Program-made: the position numbers and the translations under genes
Origin: Patescibacteria group bacterium
Lineage (GTDB): Bacteria > Patescibacteriota > Dojkabacteria > J137
DNA length: 64,000 bases
NCBI GenBank assembly: GCA_963169855.1
Contig: CAUJCN010000002.1
Span: forward strand, 69,508-133,507
Reading direction: 5' to 3'
Notes under the pieces: generated by a model
Told to the model about the DNA's origin: nothing
The model's database searches: none
The model's input: the letters and a program-made list of their open reading frames with translations, nothing else
Part shown: positions 19,688-29,632 of the stretch, in pieces
Layout of the letters: each line of letters begins with the position of its first letter
How positions within the stretch are numbered: the first letter of the stretch is position 1

Positions 19688-20518
19688 ATGTTTGGAACAG
19701 AAAGTTTAAGAAATGCTTTACAAGATAATCTTGATTCAAAGAATAGATCTAGAACAGCAAAGATTACTAAAGGATTAATTGGTCCTGGATTAATGGCGTC
19801 TGGAGGAGGTGCAATGGTTGCTGGAGGAGCATTGGCAGCTACAGGAATGTTAGCTCCTATTATTCCATTTGGAGTACTTACTGCTGGAGCTGGAGTATTT
19901 ACAGTTGCAACAGCTAAAACCGTTTGGAACACAGGATGGGGAGTATTAGAAAGATTGAGAGAAAAAAGACAAGGTGTAGATGTCAGAAAACAAGCTGATG
20001 AGTACAAAAGACAAATGGATGCACTGGAATCAAAAATTGGATCTTCAACAAACCAGAAAGTAATTGATAAGGCAGAAAGAGCAAAAGACAGATTGATTGG
20101 ACAAGTAGAGCGAATGAATGTAAAAGCAAGTTCAAAAGAAATCGATGCTATTAGAACTGGGAATTTACCTGCCCAAAAGAACTTTGGCTCTGCAGCAAGA
20201 ACTACAGATAGAATAAGAAACACTTACGATGCTGGTCAAAGAGCAGAACTAGTTGCAGCAGCTAAAGAGGAGTTATCCGCAATTATTCAGTCGAATGTTA
20301 TGGATACAAGCGCAATAGCAGCAGAAATCAAAAGAATAACTAAACTTGATCAAAAGTTCACAGAAGCTGAGGCACAGGATTTAATAACGTACGCTAAGAA
20401 TGAAATCGCAGACAAAAAAGCATATGACAAAATGATAGCTGATTTGAATGACGATTTTAAAAAAGGAGCTGATCTTATTGATGCTGTTGACTGGGAAGAT
20501 GAGCTTACAAAACCTTAA
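19688..20518 (+). CDS. Hypothetical protein with a Gly/Ala-rich hydrophobic hairpin and coiled coils
   Basis: 276-aa ORF with ATG start; host-like codon usage. Confidence 0.7.
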   Translation: MFGTESLRNALQDNLDSKNRSRTAKITKGLIGPGLMASGGGAMVAGGALAATGMLAPIIPFGVLTAGAGVFTVATAKTVWNTGWGVLERLREKRQGVDVRKQADEYKRQMDALESKIGSSTNQKVIDKAERAKDRLIGQVERMNVKASSKEIDAIRTGNLPAQKNFGSAARTTDRIRNTYDAGQRAELVAAAKEELSAIIQSNVMDTSAIAAEIKRITKLDQKFTEAEAQDLITYAKNEIADKKAYDKMIADLNDDFKKGADLIDAVDWEDELTKP

Positions 20519-20538
20519 TTAACATTTAACTTCATGAT

Positions 20539-20886
20539 ATGGAAGAACTATTAAGAACATTAGTAAACACAATTTTAAATGAACAATCAGATGAGGACAG
20601 AGCTAAAGCATTAGAAGTGCTAATGAGTAATTCTGCAAGAACTCTGGTTGATAAAGTTGCAGGAAGTGCAAACGAAGACCAGCAAGCTCAACTCGATCAA
20701 ATCGAAGAGGAAGATATTACTTTAGGTGATGTTGTTAGAATCTTTTCAATTGATGCTATTAGAGATAGTATGACTGATGCAGTTGTAGAAGAAGCTGGAA
20801 AGTTCATCGAAGAAAACTCTGCTCTTGTTACTGACGAAAAGATTCAGCAAATTGAGTCTGTAGTTAATCAACTCCAAACTGTATAA
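20539..20886 (+). CDS. Small acidic hypothetical protein
   Basis: 115-aa D/E-rich ORF followed by hairpin AAAATGCA..TGCATTTT. Confidence 0.7.
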   Translation: MEELLRTLVNTILNEQSDEDRAKALEVLMSNSARTLVDKVAGSANEDQQAQLDQIEEEDITLGDVVRIFSIDAIRDSMTDAVVEEAGKFIEENSALVTDEKIQQIESVVNQLQTV

Positions 20887-20927
20887 GAATCTGTTAAAAT
20901 GCAGAGTTTATACTTTGCATTTTTCAG

Positions 20928-22001
20928 ATGATTAAACCAAAATTTCCCATATTCCTACCTGACGCCACTTACGGTTCTGTTAAATCTACCACTTTTAATG
21001 ATTTAAAAGAGATTGGAACTCCTGGTGTTGTAACAACTACTCTTCATATTGAGAATGCCATTGGAAGCGAGTATATCAAGGAATTTGGAGGTATTAAGAA
21101 GTTCTTTGGTTGGGAGAATTTATTATTGACTGATAGCGGTGGATGGCAGGTTTTTTCTCTAATCAATTCTAAGGGTGCATCATCTAAAAACAAAGCTACC
21201 GAAGCTGGATGTTCTTTTGTTGATGAAAAAACTGGTAAACAAAGACTCTTAACTCCTGAGTCCTCAATTCAAATTCAATATAATTTAGACCCCGACATCC
21301 TGACTGTGCTGGATTTCCCAATCTTAGGAAATGCAACATTTGCTCAGAGAAAAGAATGTGTAAGAATAAACACAGTATGGGCTAAGAGAGCCAAGACTGC
21401 ATATGTAAATACTTATGGAGATTCGTCAGGTAAATTACTGGGGGCAGTTATTCAAGGAGGAAACGATTTCGAGTTAAGAAAGCAATCTGCTCAGGAACTT
21501 TTGGAATTGGACTTCGATTTATACAACTTTGGCGGGTTACCTCTACATACCCCAATTACTTGGAAAACTAAGTCCGAAGAAGGTTTCTACCACGAAATGC
21601 TTCAATATGTTTCCGAACTTATCCCATCAAGTAAAACCAAGTACGCAATGGGGGTTGGACAACCAACGGATATTGCATTCTGTGTAGATGTTGGTTGGCA
21701 AATTTTTGACAGTGTCCTGCCAACAAGAAATGCAAGACATGGATATTTATATGTATCCGAAGGGCAAGGAGAAGAGACGAAATCATACAAAAATCTTTCT
21801 CACGATATTTTGAGAGTTAAAAAAGAGGATTATAAATTTGATGAAAAACCTGTTGATGCCAATTGTAAATGCGAATGCTGCACCACAGTCTCTCGAGCGT
21901 ACTTAAGACACTTAATTAGAATCAACGAACCAGCAGGTTTTAGACTGGCAACAATCCATAACCTATGGTTCTATCAGAGATGGATGGAAAAACTAAACTA
22001 A
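20928..22001 (+). CDS. tgt: tRNA-guanine transglycosylase
   Basis: 'LTDSGGWQVFSL', 'IQGG', 'YAMGVG', 'FDSVLPTRNARHG', Zn site CxCxxC...HN. Confidence 0.93.
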   Translation: MIKPKFPIFLPDATYGSVKSTTFNDLKEIGTPGVVTTTLHIENAIGSEYIKEFGGIKKFFGWENLLLTDSGGWQVFSLINSKGASSKNKATEAGCSFVDEKTGKQRLLTPESSIQIQYNLDPDILTVLDFPILGNATFAQRKECVRINTVWAKRAKTAYVNTYGDSSGKLLGAVIQGGNDFELRKQSAQELLELDFDLYNFGGLPLHTPITWKTKSEEGFYHEMLQYVSELIPSSKTKYAMGVGQPTDIAFCVDVGWQIFDSVLPTRNARHGYLYVSEGQGEETKSYKNLSHDILRVKKEDYKFDEKPVDANCKCECCTTVSRAYLRHLIRINEPAGFRLATIHNLWFYQRWMEKLN

Positions 22002-22064
22002 ACTAAACTAAACCCTTGTTTCTTCTCTGAGACAATTTTAGAATAACTAGATTAATAAAGATAT

Positions 22065-22208
22065 ATGGCAAATTCAGATAATTTCTTTGATGTTTTTGTT
22101 CCTGAATCACCCACTCCATATACAGAAACTCTGTACTTAAACAATCCTATAGATTTGACCATGATGTTTCTTCCAGAAATTAAGGAAAGAAAACAATCTT
22201 TTACATGA
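22065..22208 (+). CDS. Small ORF (47 aa), possibly a 5' fragment of the downstream gene
   Basis: MANSDNFFDVFVPESPTPYTETLYLNNP...; below the ORF-track cutoff. Confidence 0.3.
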   Translation: MANSDNFFDVFVPESPTPYTETLYLNNPIDLTMMFLPEIKERKQSFT

Positions 22209-22230
22209 CTAATTATTTTCAATATTAAAT

Positions 22231-22626
22231 ATGAATGAATCCTCCTTAATGCCGCTTCCAAATATTATGGAATATAAGTATAGAAACGCTCTTATCGCCT
22301 GTCATATACTTTCTGAATCTGCTCAAAACGACATTGGAAACAGAATTCATTCACCAAAACCATATCTTAAAATTATATTAAAGGCACTGGCTTTGCTAAG
22401 CGAACGGTCATATAGAACAATTCCTGGAGAAATTGATAGTTTAAGATATGTTCGCTGGAATGACGAAGACTTGGCAAGGCGAGATCATAACAATTTGTGC
22501 GACATTAGAGATTTTTTTAATCAAACTATCCAACAATATCCCGATGTTTGCGCAGAACTATTTGAAGAAGAAAAATGCTTATTTCAAACAAGAGAAGGCC
22601 ATGACGAAAAGATGCTAGAAAGTTGA
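22231..22626 (+). CDS. Hypothetical protein
   Basis: 131-aa ORF filling the gap before pheS. Confidence 0.5.
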   Translation: MNESSLMPLPNIMEYKYRNALIACHILSESAQNDIGNRIHSPKPYLKIILKALALLSERSYRTIPGEIDSLRYVRWNDEDLARRDHNNLCDIRDFFNQTIQQYPDVCAELFEEEKCLFQTREGHDEKMLES

Positions 22627-22651
22627 GTAGCCATCAGATATAATCAACAGT

Positions 22652-23677
22652 ATGAATATCGAATCCAAGTATTACAATTTTAATGAAATCAAGTTTTCTG
22701 TAGACGCAGAATTACTATCAGCTGGGAATCCAGAAGAGGTTGCTGCAGTATGGAGAAAATACCTAGGAAAAGACGGTCTTGTGACTGAAATGCTAAAGAA
22801 AATTAAAGATATCGCACCTGAAGAAAGAAAGCAGTACGGGAACGATATCAACCTTTTAAAGAATTATCTTGATGAATATATAAACTCGAAAAGAGGAACT
22901 TTATTAGATACCGACAAAAATGCTTATTTTGCTCAAATTTTGGAGAATCCAGTATACGAAGCGCCAAAGGTGGGTCATTTACACCCTCTAACAGAAACTA
23001 CAATGCAAATGAACGAAGTCTTCAGAAGATTAGGGTTCAGCATTATGGACGGACCCGAACTAGAAACTGATGAATATTGTTTCCAAAGACTAAATTTGCC
23101 TTTGCATCACCCTGCAAGAGATTTACAAGATAGCATTTTCATCGAAGAACCTAATGTTCTTTTAAGAACTCAAACATCTTCAATCGAAGCTAGAGTTCTA
23201 GAAAGCTACGAACCACCATTCAAAGTTGTAATGCCTGGAAGAGTTTACAGAAACGAAAAAGTTAATAGAACAAATCATTTTACATTTCACCAATATCAGT
23301 TAACTGTTGTGAAAGAAAAAGTCAGTATGTCTGAATTGTTCTCTGTAATTGATTATCTTTTCAAATCGGTTTTCGGTGAAGATGTTAAAACCAGGTTCAG
23401 ATGTAAATATTACCCAGAAGTTGAGCCTGGGGTAGGACCAGACATGCTTTGTTTTAACTGCAAGGGAGATGGTTGCCCAATTTGCAAAAATCGAGGTTGG
23501 ATCGAGATGGGAGGAGCAGGAATTATTCATCCTAATGTTATGAAGATGGCTGGCTTAGATCCTACTAAATATCAAGGATACGCATTTGGAATGGGATTAG
23601 ACAGGTGGACAATGGCTCGACACGGAATTGACGACATCAGAACTCTTCTAGATGGAAATTTAGTTTACAAAAACTAA
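22652..23677 (+). CDS. pheS: Phenylalanine--tRNA ligase alpha subunit
   Basis: 'GHLHPL', 'HPARD.QD', 'LLRTQTS', 'PGRVYRNE', 'YYPEVEPG', 'GWIEMGGAG..HP.V', 'AFGMGLDR'. Confidence 0.95.
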   Translation: MNIESKYYNFNEIKFSVDAELLSAGNPEEVAAVWRKYLGKDGLVTEMLKKIKDIAPEERKQYGNDINLLKNYLDEYINSKRGTLLDTDKNAYFAQILENPVYEAPKVGHLHPLTETTMQMNEVFRRLGFSIMDGPELETDEYCFQRLNLPLHHPARDLQDSIFIEEPNVLLRTQTSSIEARVLESYEPPFKVVMPGRVYRNEKVNRTNHFTFHQYQLTVVKEKVSMSELFSVIDYLFKSVFGEDVKTRFRCKYYPEVEPGVGPDMLCFNCKGDGCPICKNRGWIEMGGAGIIHPNVMKMAGLDPTKYQGYAFGMGLDRWTMARHGIDDIRTLLDGNLVYKN

Positions 23678-24538
23678 ACCCACAGTTTTTTCAATTTGGG
23701 ATTATCCGTAAACACTCGTCCTAATCTTTCGAACGCAACTCTAATTTGCTTGGAGTGTTCATCAGTGTAGTAATTCTCTCTTCTTTCCAATACATCCAAC
23801 AGAAGATTGATAGCATTCTGAAGATTCCACCCTGTAAGTTCTAATGGGGCATCCCAGAGTTTGTTACTTTCGTATAGTTTAATATCCCCTGGATATATTC
23901 TAGAAGTGTGCTCTAGAATATATTTGTCAAAGAAACGTTTTAGATCTGTAAGAGCTTTTTTAAAAGCTCCTTCTGTTACGGTACCTAAATCAATTCCATT
24001 AAATTCACCCGAATCTCCGTTGATCCAACCAGATTCAACATCTCGAATCACTGTAGGTAAAGTATCCCAGACTTTCTTATCTTTTAAGTTCAGATCGGGA
24101 TAAAATTTCAAATTTTCTTTACTGATTAAACTACTTGAAGAGTATGCTAGCAACATATCTTTAATTCCTTGCTGTGGTTTAAAAAGTGCTGATTTTAAGT
24201 CAACCAAAATTCTAACTCTATCTGTAGCTGATTGTGGTTGTGCTAATGCGTCTTCTATGGGCGAACAAACCTCTTATTGCGACTAAATCTGTTGCAGGTA
24301 ATTTATACTCATCTGCAATTCTGTATAGAAAACCTGTTAACTTATTAAGTTTATCGGGAAGCTTATTAAATCTATCAGAAGTAACTATTAATTTTTCGAG
24401 TTCATCAACCCATAACTGTGCTTCTTTAATAACAATTCGCCCGTTATCTATTTCTGGGAAATCTGAAGGGTGAAAGTCTTTACGTTTAGTTAAGGTAGGT
24501 CGCTCAGATCGAACTAAAGCTTCAAAAGGATGATCCAT
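23674..24538 (-). pseudogene. Hypothetical gene split by a frameshift (ORFs 24218..24538 and 23674..24207)
   Basis: The downstream frame stays open back to ~24260 (IEDALAQPQSATDRVRILVDLK) and joins ..AIRGLFA if one C is removed from GCCC. Confidence 0.6.
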
Positions 24539-24681
24539 CTAAAGAGTTAATATACAATATTGTACACTATTTGATCCATTAATCCACAGGTTTGAATCTA
24601 CCCAAATAGTCCAATATATAATATAATTGCGAGATTCAATTTTTAATCTTTTGAATTTTTAAATTTTAGACTTTCTCAAAT

Positions 24682-25239
24682 ATGGCAATGACAATGGAAA
24701 TTTCGAGAGGAATGATTATTAAATTTAATAATGAACCTCATATTATTATAGAAAAAGAATTCTACTCACCAGGAAAAGGTGGTTCATTCAACAAGACTAG
24801 ATTAAAGAGCATCAAGACTGGAAAAATCATTGCTAATGTTTTCAAGTCAGAAGAAAAAGTAGAAGAAATTGAGGTAAATACAATGACTGTTCAATTTGTT
24901 TATATTGACGGAGAAAACGCAGTTTTCATGGATCCAAATACTTACGAACAAATGAACGTTGCTTTGAGCATGATTGAAGGTGGAATTGATTTTCTTCACA
25001 CAGAAGCAAAATACATCGCTAAGATTTACGAAGGTGAAGTTATTTTCTTACAACTTCCTCCAAAGATTACTCTTTTAGTAACAGAAACGCCTGATGCAGT
25101 AAAAGGAGATACAACTAGTGGTGCTTATAAAGATGCTACATTAGAAACTGGAGCAGTTGTAAAAGTTCCTTTGTTTATTAAAGCTGGACAAAAGATTATC
25201 GTAAATACAGAAGACAGAGCTTACTTCAGCAAGGAGTAG
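24682..25239 (+). CDS. efp: Elongation factor P
   Basis: SPGKGG loop, 'FMD..TYEQ', 'KGDT....K.A.LETG..V.VPLFI..G'. Confidence 0.95.
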   Translation: MAMTMEISRGMIIKFNNEPHIIIEKEFYSPGKGGSFNKTRLKSIKTGKIIANVFKSEEKVEEIEVNTMTVQFVYIDGENAVFMDPNTYEQMNVALSMIEGGIDFLHTEAKYIAKIYEGEVIFLQLPPKITLLVTETPDAVKGDTTSGAYKDATLETGAVVKVPLFIKAGQKIIVNTEDRAYFSKE

Positions 25240-25257
25240 TACATAAATCCCCACCAG

Positions 25258-25330
25258 ACCCTTCGACAAGCTCAGGGTGACAGGTGGAGAATAAATCTTT
25301 AACATTGTCATATTGAGCTTGTCGAAATAT
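25258..25330. repeat. Inverted doublet of REP-like palindromes, family B
   Basis: ACCCTTCGACAAGCTCAGGGTGACA (25258-25282) and TGTCATATTGAGCTTGTCGAAATAT (25306-25330). Confidence 0.8.
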
Positions 25331-25346
25331 ACAATGTTTTTTACAT

Positions 25347-26432
25347 ATGGAGAATTCAATTCCAACTTGGAAGCTTTTAAAACGGAATCCACACCTTTTT
25401 CAGAGATATTTCGTAAAGGAATATATGATTCACGCTTGTCGTGAATTCTTTCTGGCTAGAAATTATCACGAGCTTGAAAGTCCTATAATGACTCCAGCAT
25501 TACCTCAGGAAAGATATATGAGTCCTTTGCACACTACAGTTACATTTGGAGATGGTTCAACTAAGAAGTTATACATTACCCCAACTACAGAAACTTTCAA
25601 TAAAAAGATTTTAGCCGCAGGACTTGGAGAGCATTTTGTTATTACAAAAGTTGCAAGAGGTTTGGAACAAATTGGTCATAACCACAACCCAGAATTCACA
25701 ATGTTGGAGTGGTATCACCTAGATGCTACCTACAAAGATATTATGTCTGATTGCGAAGAACTTTTCAGATTTATAAAAAAGAAATTAGATGAAAAGTTTA
25801 CAGAAAATCTCCCTCACCCAGATTATGTTTTCGGTGACAAAATATTTTATGCAGGAAATGTTATCGATATTTCTGAAGGCTGGGATAGGTTATCGATACC
25901 TGAAGCTTTAAAAGACATTTGTGGAATCGATTTAGTAGAAATTCAAGATATCGAGAAATTTAGAGAAGTAGCTAGAGCAAAAGGCTACAATGTTTCAGAT
26001 ACTGACGACTGGCAGATAATCTTTGAACTTATCTTTGCTTCTGAAATTGAGCCAACATTCAGTAAAACTAATCCAACTTTTGTTTACAACTATCCTAAAA
26101 TCATGTGTCCACTAACTCAGGAAAATGCAGAGAACCCATTAGTCTGCGAAAAGGTTGAAGTTTACATTGCAGGGAAAGAACTAGGAAATGGTTATACAGA
26201 GCTTAGGGATTGGGAAGAACAGTACAAAAGATTCAAGATCGAAGAAGAAGCGAGAGAGGAGTTAGGATTAGAAAAAATAGAATTTGACCATGATCTTGTA
26301 GATGCGCTAAAAGAAGGCTTACCAAACGTAGCAGGAATCGGAGTTGGGCTAGATAGAGTTGCAATGCTATTTGCGAATGCTAAATATATTTCCGAAGTAA
26401 ATTACTTCCCTGGTTCCGACTGGAGTTTATGA
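25347..26432 (+). CDS. epmA: EF-P lysine ligase (EpmA/GenX; LysRS2 catalytic-domain paralog)
   Basis: No anticodon-binding domain; 'HNPEFTMLEWY', 'GKELGNGY.EL.D', 'AGIGVGLDR'; adjacent to efp. Confidence 0.88.
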   Translation: MENSIPTWKLLKRNPHLFQRYFVKEYMIHACREFFLARNYHELESPIMTPALPQERYMSPLHTTVTFGDGSTKKLYITPTTETFNKKILAAGLGEHFVITKVARGLEQIGHNHNPEFTMLEWYHLDATYKDIMSDCEELFRFIKKKLDEKFTENLPHPDYVFGDKIFYAGNVIDISEGWDRLSIPEALKDICGIDLVEIQDIEKFREVARAKGYNVSDTDDWQIIFELIFASEIEPTFSKTNPTFVYNYPKIMCPLTQENAENPLVCEKVEVYIAGKELGNGYTELRDWEEQYKRFKIEEEAREELGLEKIEFDHDLVDALKEGLPNVAGIGVGLDRVAMLFANAKYISEVNYFPGSDWSL

Positions 26433-27196
26433 AAAACTCAAACGACTCAGTTTCAAAATACTACAACATAGTCAGCAATTATATTAAACCTACTGAAATT
26501 ACCAAACAGGAAATAAGTTTAATTAAAGACATTAAAGCTCCTGGAGTAAAAGTTCTAGACATTGGATGTGGAACAGGAAGGCACTCTATTCCACTTATAG
26601 AAAATGGTTACGAGGTTTACGGAGTCGAAGAAAGTGAAGGAATGCTTAATCAACTAAAGTTTAATATCAAAGATCAAAGTAGTGAAAGAGATCCCGGATT
26701 AAATCCGGGATCTGGTTACGCTTCCCATTTCCAAAATATAAGCATTTTTGATTTTCAATCTGAAGTTAAATTTGATCTGATTGTCATGTTCTGGAATACT
26801 TTCAACGAGATTGCTTTATCCGATGAAATTGCAGTAGAACTGGTTCGGAAATTAGAAACATTGTTAAGTCCATCTGGGCAGATTCTAATCAACTCCGACA
26901 ACCCAGGAACCAGAAGTTCAGATTTATACAACTACAATTACTCAATCAGTAAAGACAACGTAAACATTGATTACAGCTGGGAAGTTCTTTCTAAAGATGT
27001 AAATAATGTGACCACATCGCACGAAACGATTAACGTTACTACTAATTCAGAATCTAAATTCTTTGAAACCACTATAAAGCAAAGATGGTACAGCGTTTTA
27101 GATTATAAGAATTTGTTTGAAAAATTTAATTTCAAAGTAGAGGAGCGACACATTTCTGGAAGTGGGGAAATGTACTTACTAATCAGCAGAGTTTAA
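26429..27196 (+). CDS. Class I SAM-dependent methyltransferase
   Basis: VLDIGCGTGRH, 'FDLIV', 'L.P.G'; ATGA overlap with epmA. Confidence 0.88.
   Translation: MKNSNDSVSKYYNIVSNYIKPTEITKQEISLIKDIKAPGVKVLDIGCGTGRHSIPLIENGYEVYGVEESEGMLNQLKFNIKDQSSERDPGLNPGSGYASHFQNISIFDFQSEVKFDLIVMFWNTFNEIALSDEIAVELVRKLETLLSPSGQILINSDNPGTRSSDLYNYNYSISKDNVNIDYSWEVLSKDVNNVTTSHETINVTTNSESKFFETTIKQRWYSVLDYKNLFEKFNFKVEERHISGSGEMYLLISRV
26689..26713. repeat. REP-like palindrome family A inside the methyltransferase CDS
   Basis: AGATCCCGGATT-A-AATCCGGGATCT; same ends and 25-nt length as 29607 and 56042. Confidence 0.85.
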
Positions 27197-28380
27197 AGAT
27201 CTAAACTACCTTCATCTCCTAATCTCCAATACGCGATCCCTTTAATTCCGTATTTTGATGCTAATTCTTTACGAGCTTGGAAACTCTGTTCGTTTGGATA
27301 AACAACCACCCTGTTCACTCCGTTAAAATTGTATCGCAAAACCATTTCCTGCCAAGAAGAATTGTATTCCTCTGTATATTCGTACTTTGATTTAATAACC
27401 TCTACAGAGTTGTTATAGAGTGGAGTTCCGGGTTCATGCTCAGTAGTTCGGCTATATGCCACAGGACTGTAAATTTCTATTTGATTTCCGGCTATTTCCC
27501 TAGAAGCCCAGTCGTATGAGTATGTAGGAACACCAAGAACAATCTTTTCCCTCGGAACTCCATTAGCAACAGCAAATTTTATAGATGATTCTAACCAATT
27601 AACTGGTGCTACAGGTCCTATAACTTGGCTATTAGTCCAGAATAGGTCGTAAGTCATTATTCTCAATTCATCTACGTATTTGGCCATCTCAGCGTAATCT
27701 TGAACCTTTCTAGTTTGAGGACTTCCTGTGTATCTTAGACTTTTGTACCAGATTGGAAGAACTGCAAATGTCAGAATTTTATTATTTTGATGAAGACGAG
27801 TAGAGAGCCTATCTAAAAATTTGAAGAAGTTCTTTTTATCTTTAAGGTAAATTACTTCGTAATCAAGATCGATTCCTCTGTAGTTATTAGTATTTACGAG
27901 ATTCATTATGTCTTCGACGTGCTTATTCATTGATTCTTCTGAGCTTAAAACAAACGAGAATTTATCAACATTCAACTGTAAAATGGAAGGAACGAGATCT
28001 ATACCTTCATTTTCAGTAAATCTTGTAATTCCAGGACCATTGGCAAGTTGAGTCTCTTTTATTTCTCCTTCTTCCTCTAACGTAAACCAAACAGGGCTAA
28101 CATAATCAAACTCAGGATTATTTTCGAGAGATTCAAGACCGCTATTCATGTCCCAATCTGGGATCCAACCACCTACAACTATGTCTGAGGGAGCTGCAGC
28201 TTGGGTAATTTTATTTATATTTTCTACTTCTATATCCAGTACAGTTTTATAACTGATTTCTAGTTCTGTGTATCTAGTTTCTGTAGTTTCTTTTACTTCA
28301 CGATTTGATGCAAGAAATATTGCCGAAGCAATAAGTGCAGGGATAAGCAGCAATTGTAATCCAATAAAGACTTTTGACAT
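27193..28380 (-). CDS. GH18 glycoside hydrolase (YaaH/YdhD-like), membrane-anchored
   Basis: 'YRGIDLDYE' catalytic motif, 'IMTYD', 'GPVAP..W', 'KIVLGVP.Y.YDW', 'GIAYWRLG'. Confidence 0.9.
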   Translation of the reverse strand: MSKVFIGLQLLLIPALIASAIFLASNREVKETTETRYTELEISYKTVLDIEVENINKITQAAAPSDIVVGGWIPDWDMNSGLESLENNPEFDYVSPVWFTLEEEGEIKETQLANGPGITRFTENEGIDLVPSILQLNVDKFSFVLSSEESMNKHVEDIMNLVNTNNYRGIDLDYEVIYLKDKKNFFKFLDRLSTRLHQNNKILTFAVLPIWYKSLRYTGSPQTRKVQDYAEMAKYVDELRIMTYDLFWTNSQVIGPVAPVNWLESSIKFAVANGVPREKIVLGVPTYSYDWASREIAGNQIEIYSPVAYSRTTEHEPGTPLYNNSVEVIKSKYEYTEEYNSSWQEMVLRYNFNGVNRVVVYPNEQSFQARKELASKYGIKGIAYWRLGDEGSLDL

Positions 28381-28388
28381 TGTTAGGT

Positions 28389-29534
28389 TTATTCTACAAA
28401 TCCAATCTCAGATGGTTTTTCTACTTCTGTTGAAGTTATAGAAATTACTTCGCCCGAGATTTTGTAAACGTCTTTATCTATCTTTTTGTATTCGTTTCTA
28501 GCATCGTTAAATGCACCCACTGATGTTCCGAGACTTCTTCCAAGTTTTTCCATATTTTGTTCGAAACTTGCTAAGTGTTTCTGAAGTTTCATTACGTTTT
28601 CTTTAATTTCCGAAGCTTGTTCCTCAATTTTAAGCATGTTCAAACCTTGTAAAACTGTTTGTAGATATGCCAAGAACGAAGTTGGAGAAACAATAATTAC
28701 TCCTTTTTGTTTAAATGCGTATTCAATTAAATCGTGTGTGTTCGTTTTTACAGCACCAACTTGATTAATTAGTAAATCATAGTAAATTCCTTCACTAGGA
28801 ATAAACATGAATGCAAATTGCATTGTGCCTTCGTCTGGTCGGATGTATTTCGAAGTTTCATCAATTCTATTTTTTAAGTCTTGTTTGAATATTTTCTCTA
28901 ATTTTTCTTTTTCTGCAATATTATCTTCGTTAATAATCCTATTATAATTCTCCAGCGAGAATTTAGAATCAATAGGAATAATCTTATCTTTAACTTTTAC
29001 GATTGCGTCGACAATTTCTCCATTTTTGAATTTGTATTGCATTTCGTAAGATGACGGTGGCATAACGTTTTTCAACAGTGTTTCTAGAAAGTATTCACCT
29101 AGAATCCCTCTTTGTTTAGGATTTGTAAGAATGTTCTCTAAACTTTGTAACTGACCTGCAAATCCAACCACTTGCTTGTTTGTTTCATCAAGTTTTGTAA
29201 GTTTCTCAGTAACTTCTTTAATAATTTTACTTGCAGAATCACTCGCATCTTTGGACGATTTCTGGGTCATTTGAAACTGCTGAATAAGACTTGTTTGCGT
29301 TTTATTCATTTGATCGTTTAATGTGGAATTTTGTTCCTTTAGACGATCATTCATTTCCTTGTTCAATCTATCAAGTCTTTCTGCCTGCATTTGGGAGATT
29401 GAATTGATTTGACTTTGCAAAAGTTGCATTGAATCTGTCGATGGGCCAGTACTTTTGTTTTTATTCAAAAGTGTGAATACTAATCCGATAAGGATTACCA
29501 AAAGAATTATTACAGCGATTATCAATATTTCCAT
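28389..29534 (-). CDS. rmuC: DNA recombination protein RmuC
   Basis: N-terminal TM plus coiled coil; 'PKQRG..GE..LE', 'IDSKF', 'FMFIPSE', 'VSPT'. Confidence 0.93.
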   Translation of the reverse strand: MEILIIAVIILLVILIGLVFTLLNKNKSTGPSTDSMQLLQSQINSISQMQAERLDRLNKEMNDRLKEQNSTLNDQMNKTQTSLIQQFQMTQKSSKDASDSASKIIKEVTEKLTKLDETNKQVVGFAGQLQSLENILTNPKQRGILGEYFLETLLKNVMPPSSYEMQYKFKNGEIVDAIVKVKDKIIPIDSKFSLENYNRIINEDNIAEKEKLEKIFKQDLKNRIDETSKYIRPDEGTMQFAFMFIPSEGIYYDLLINQVGAVKTNTHDLIEYAFKQKGVIIVSPTSFLAYLQTVLQGLNMLKIEEQASEIKENVMKLQKHLASFEQNMEKLGRSLGTSVGAFNDARNEYKKIDKDVYKISGEVISITSTEVEKPSEIGFVE

Positions 29535-29606
29535 ACTATTTGTTTAAAAAGTGACTTTAATAATTGTACCATCTTCATGTTTTGCAAACTTTGTAATCTT
29601 CCATAC

Positions 29607-29631
29607 AGATCCCGCACTTGATGCGGGATCT
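29607..29631. repeat. REP-like palindrome family A
   Basis: AGATCCCGCA-CTTGA-TGCGGGATCT; exact reverse complement of 56042-56066. Confidence 0.9.
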
Positions 29632-29632
29632 C

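Noticed and set aside
21990-22013. (AAACT)n microsatellite as a phase-variation switch
   Set aside because: It overlaps the tgt stop codon, so unit changes would barely alter the protein
22065-22208. Similarity of YTETLYLNN to TETLFLKN in the 10480 remnant
   Set aside because: Too short to distinguish from chance without an alignment search
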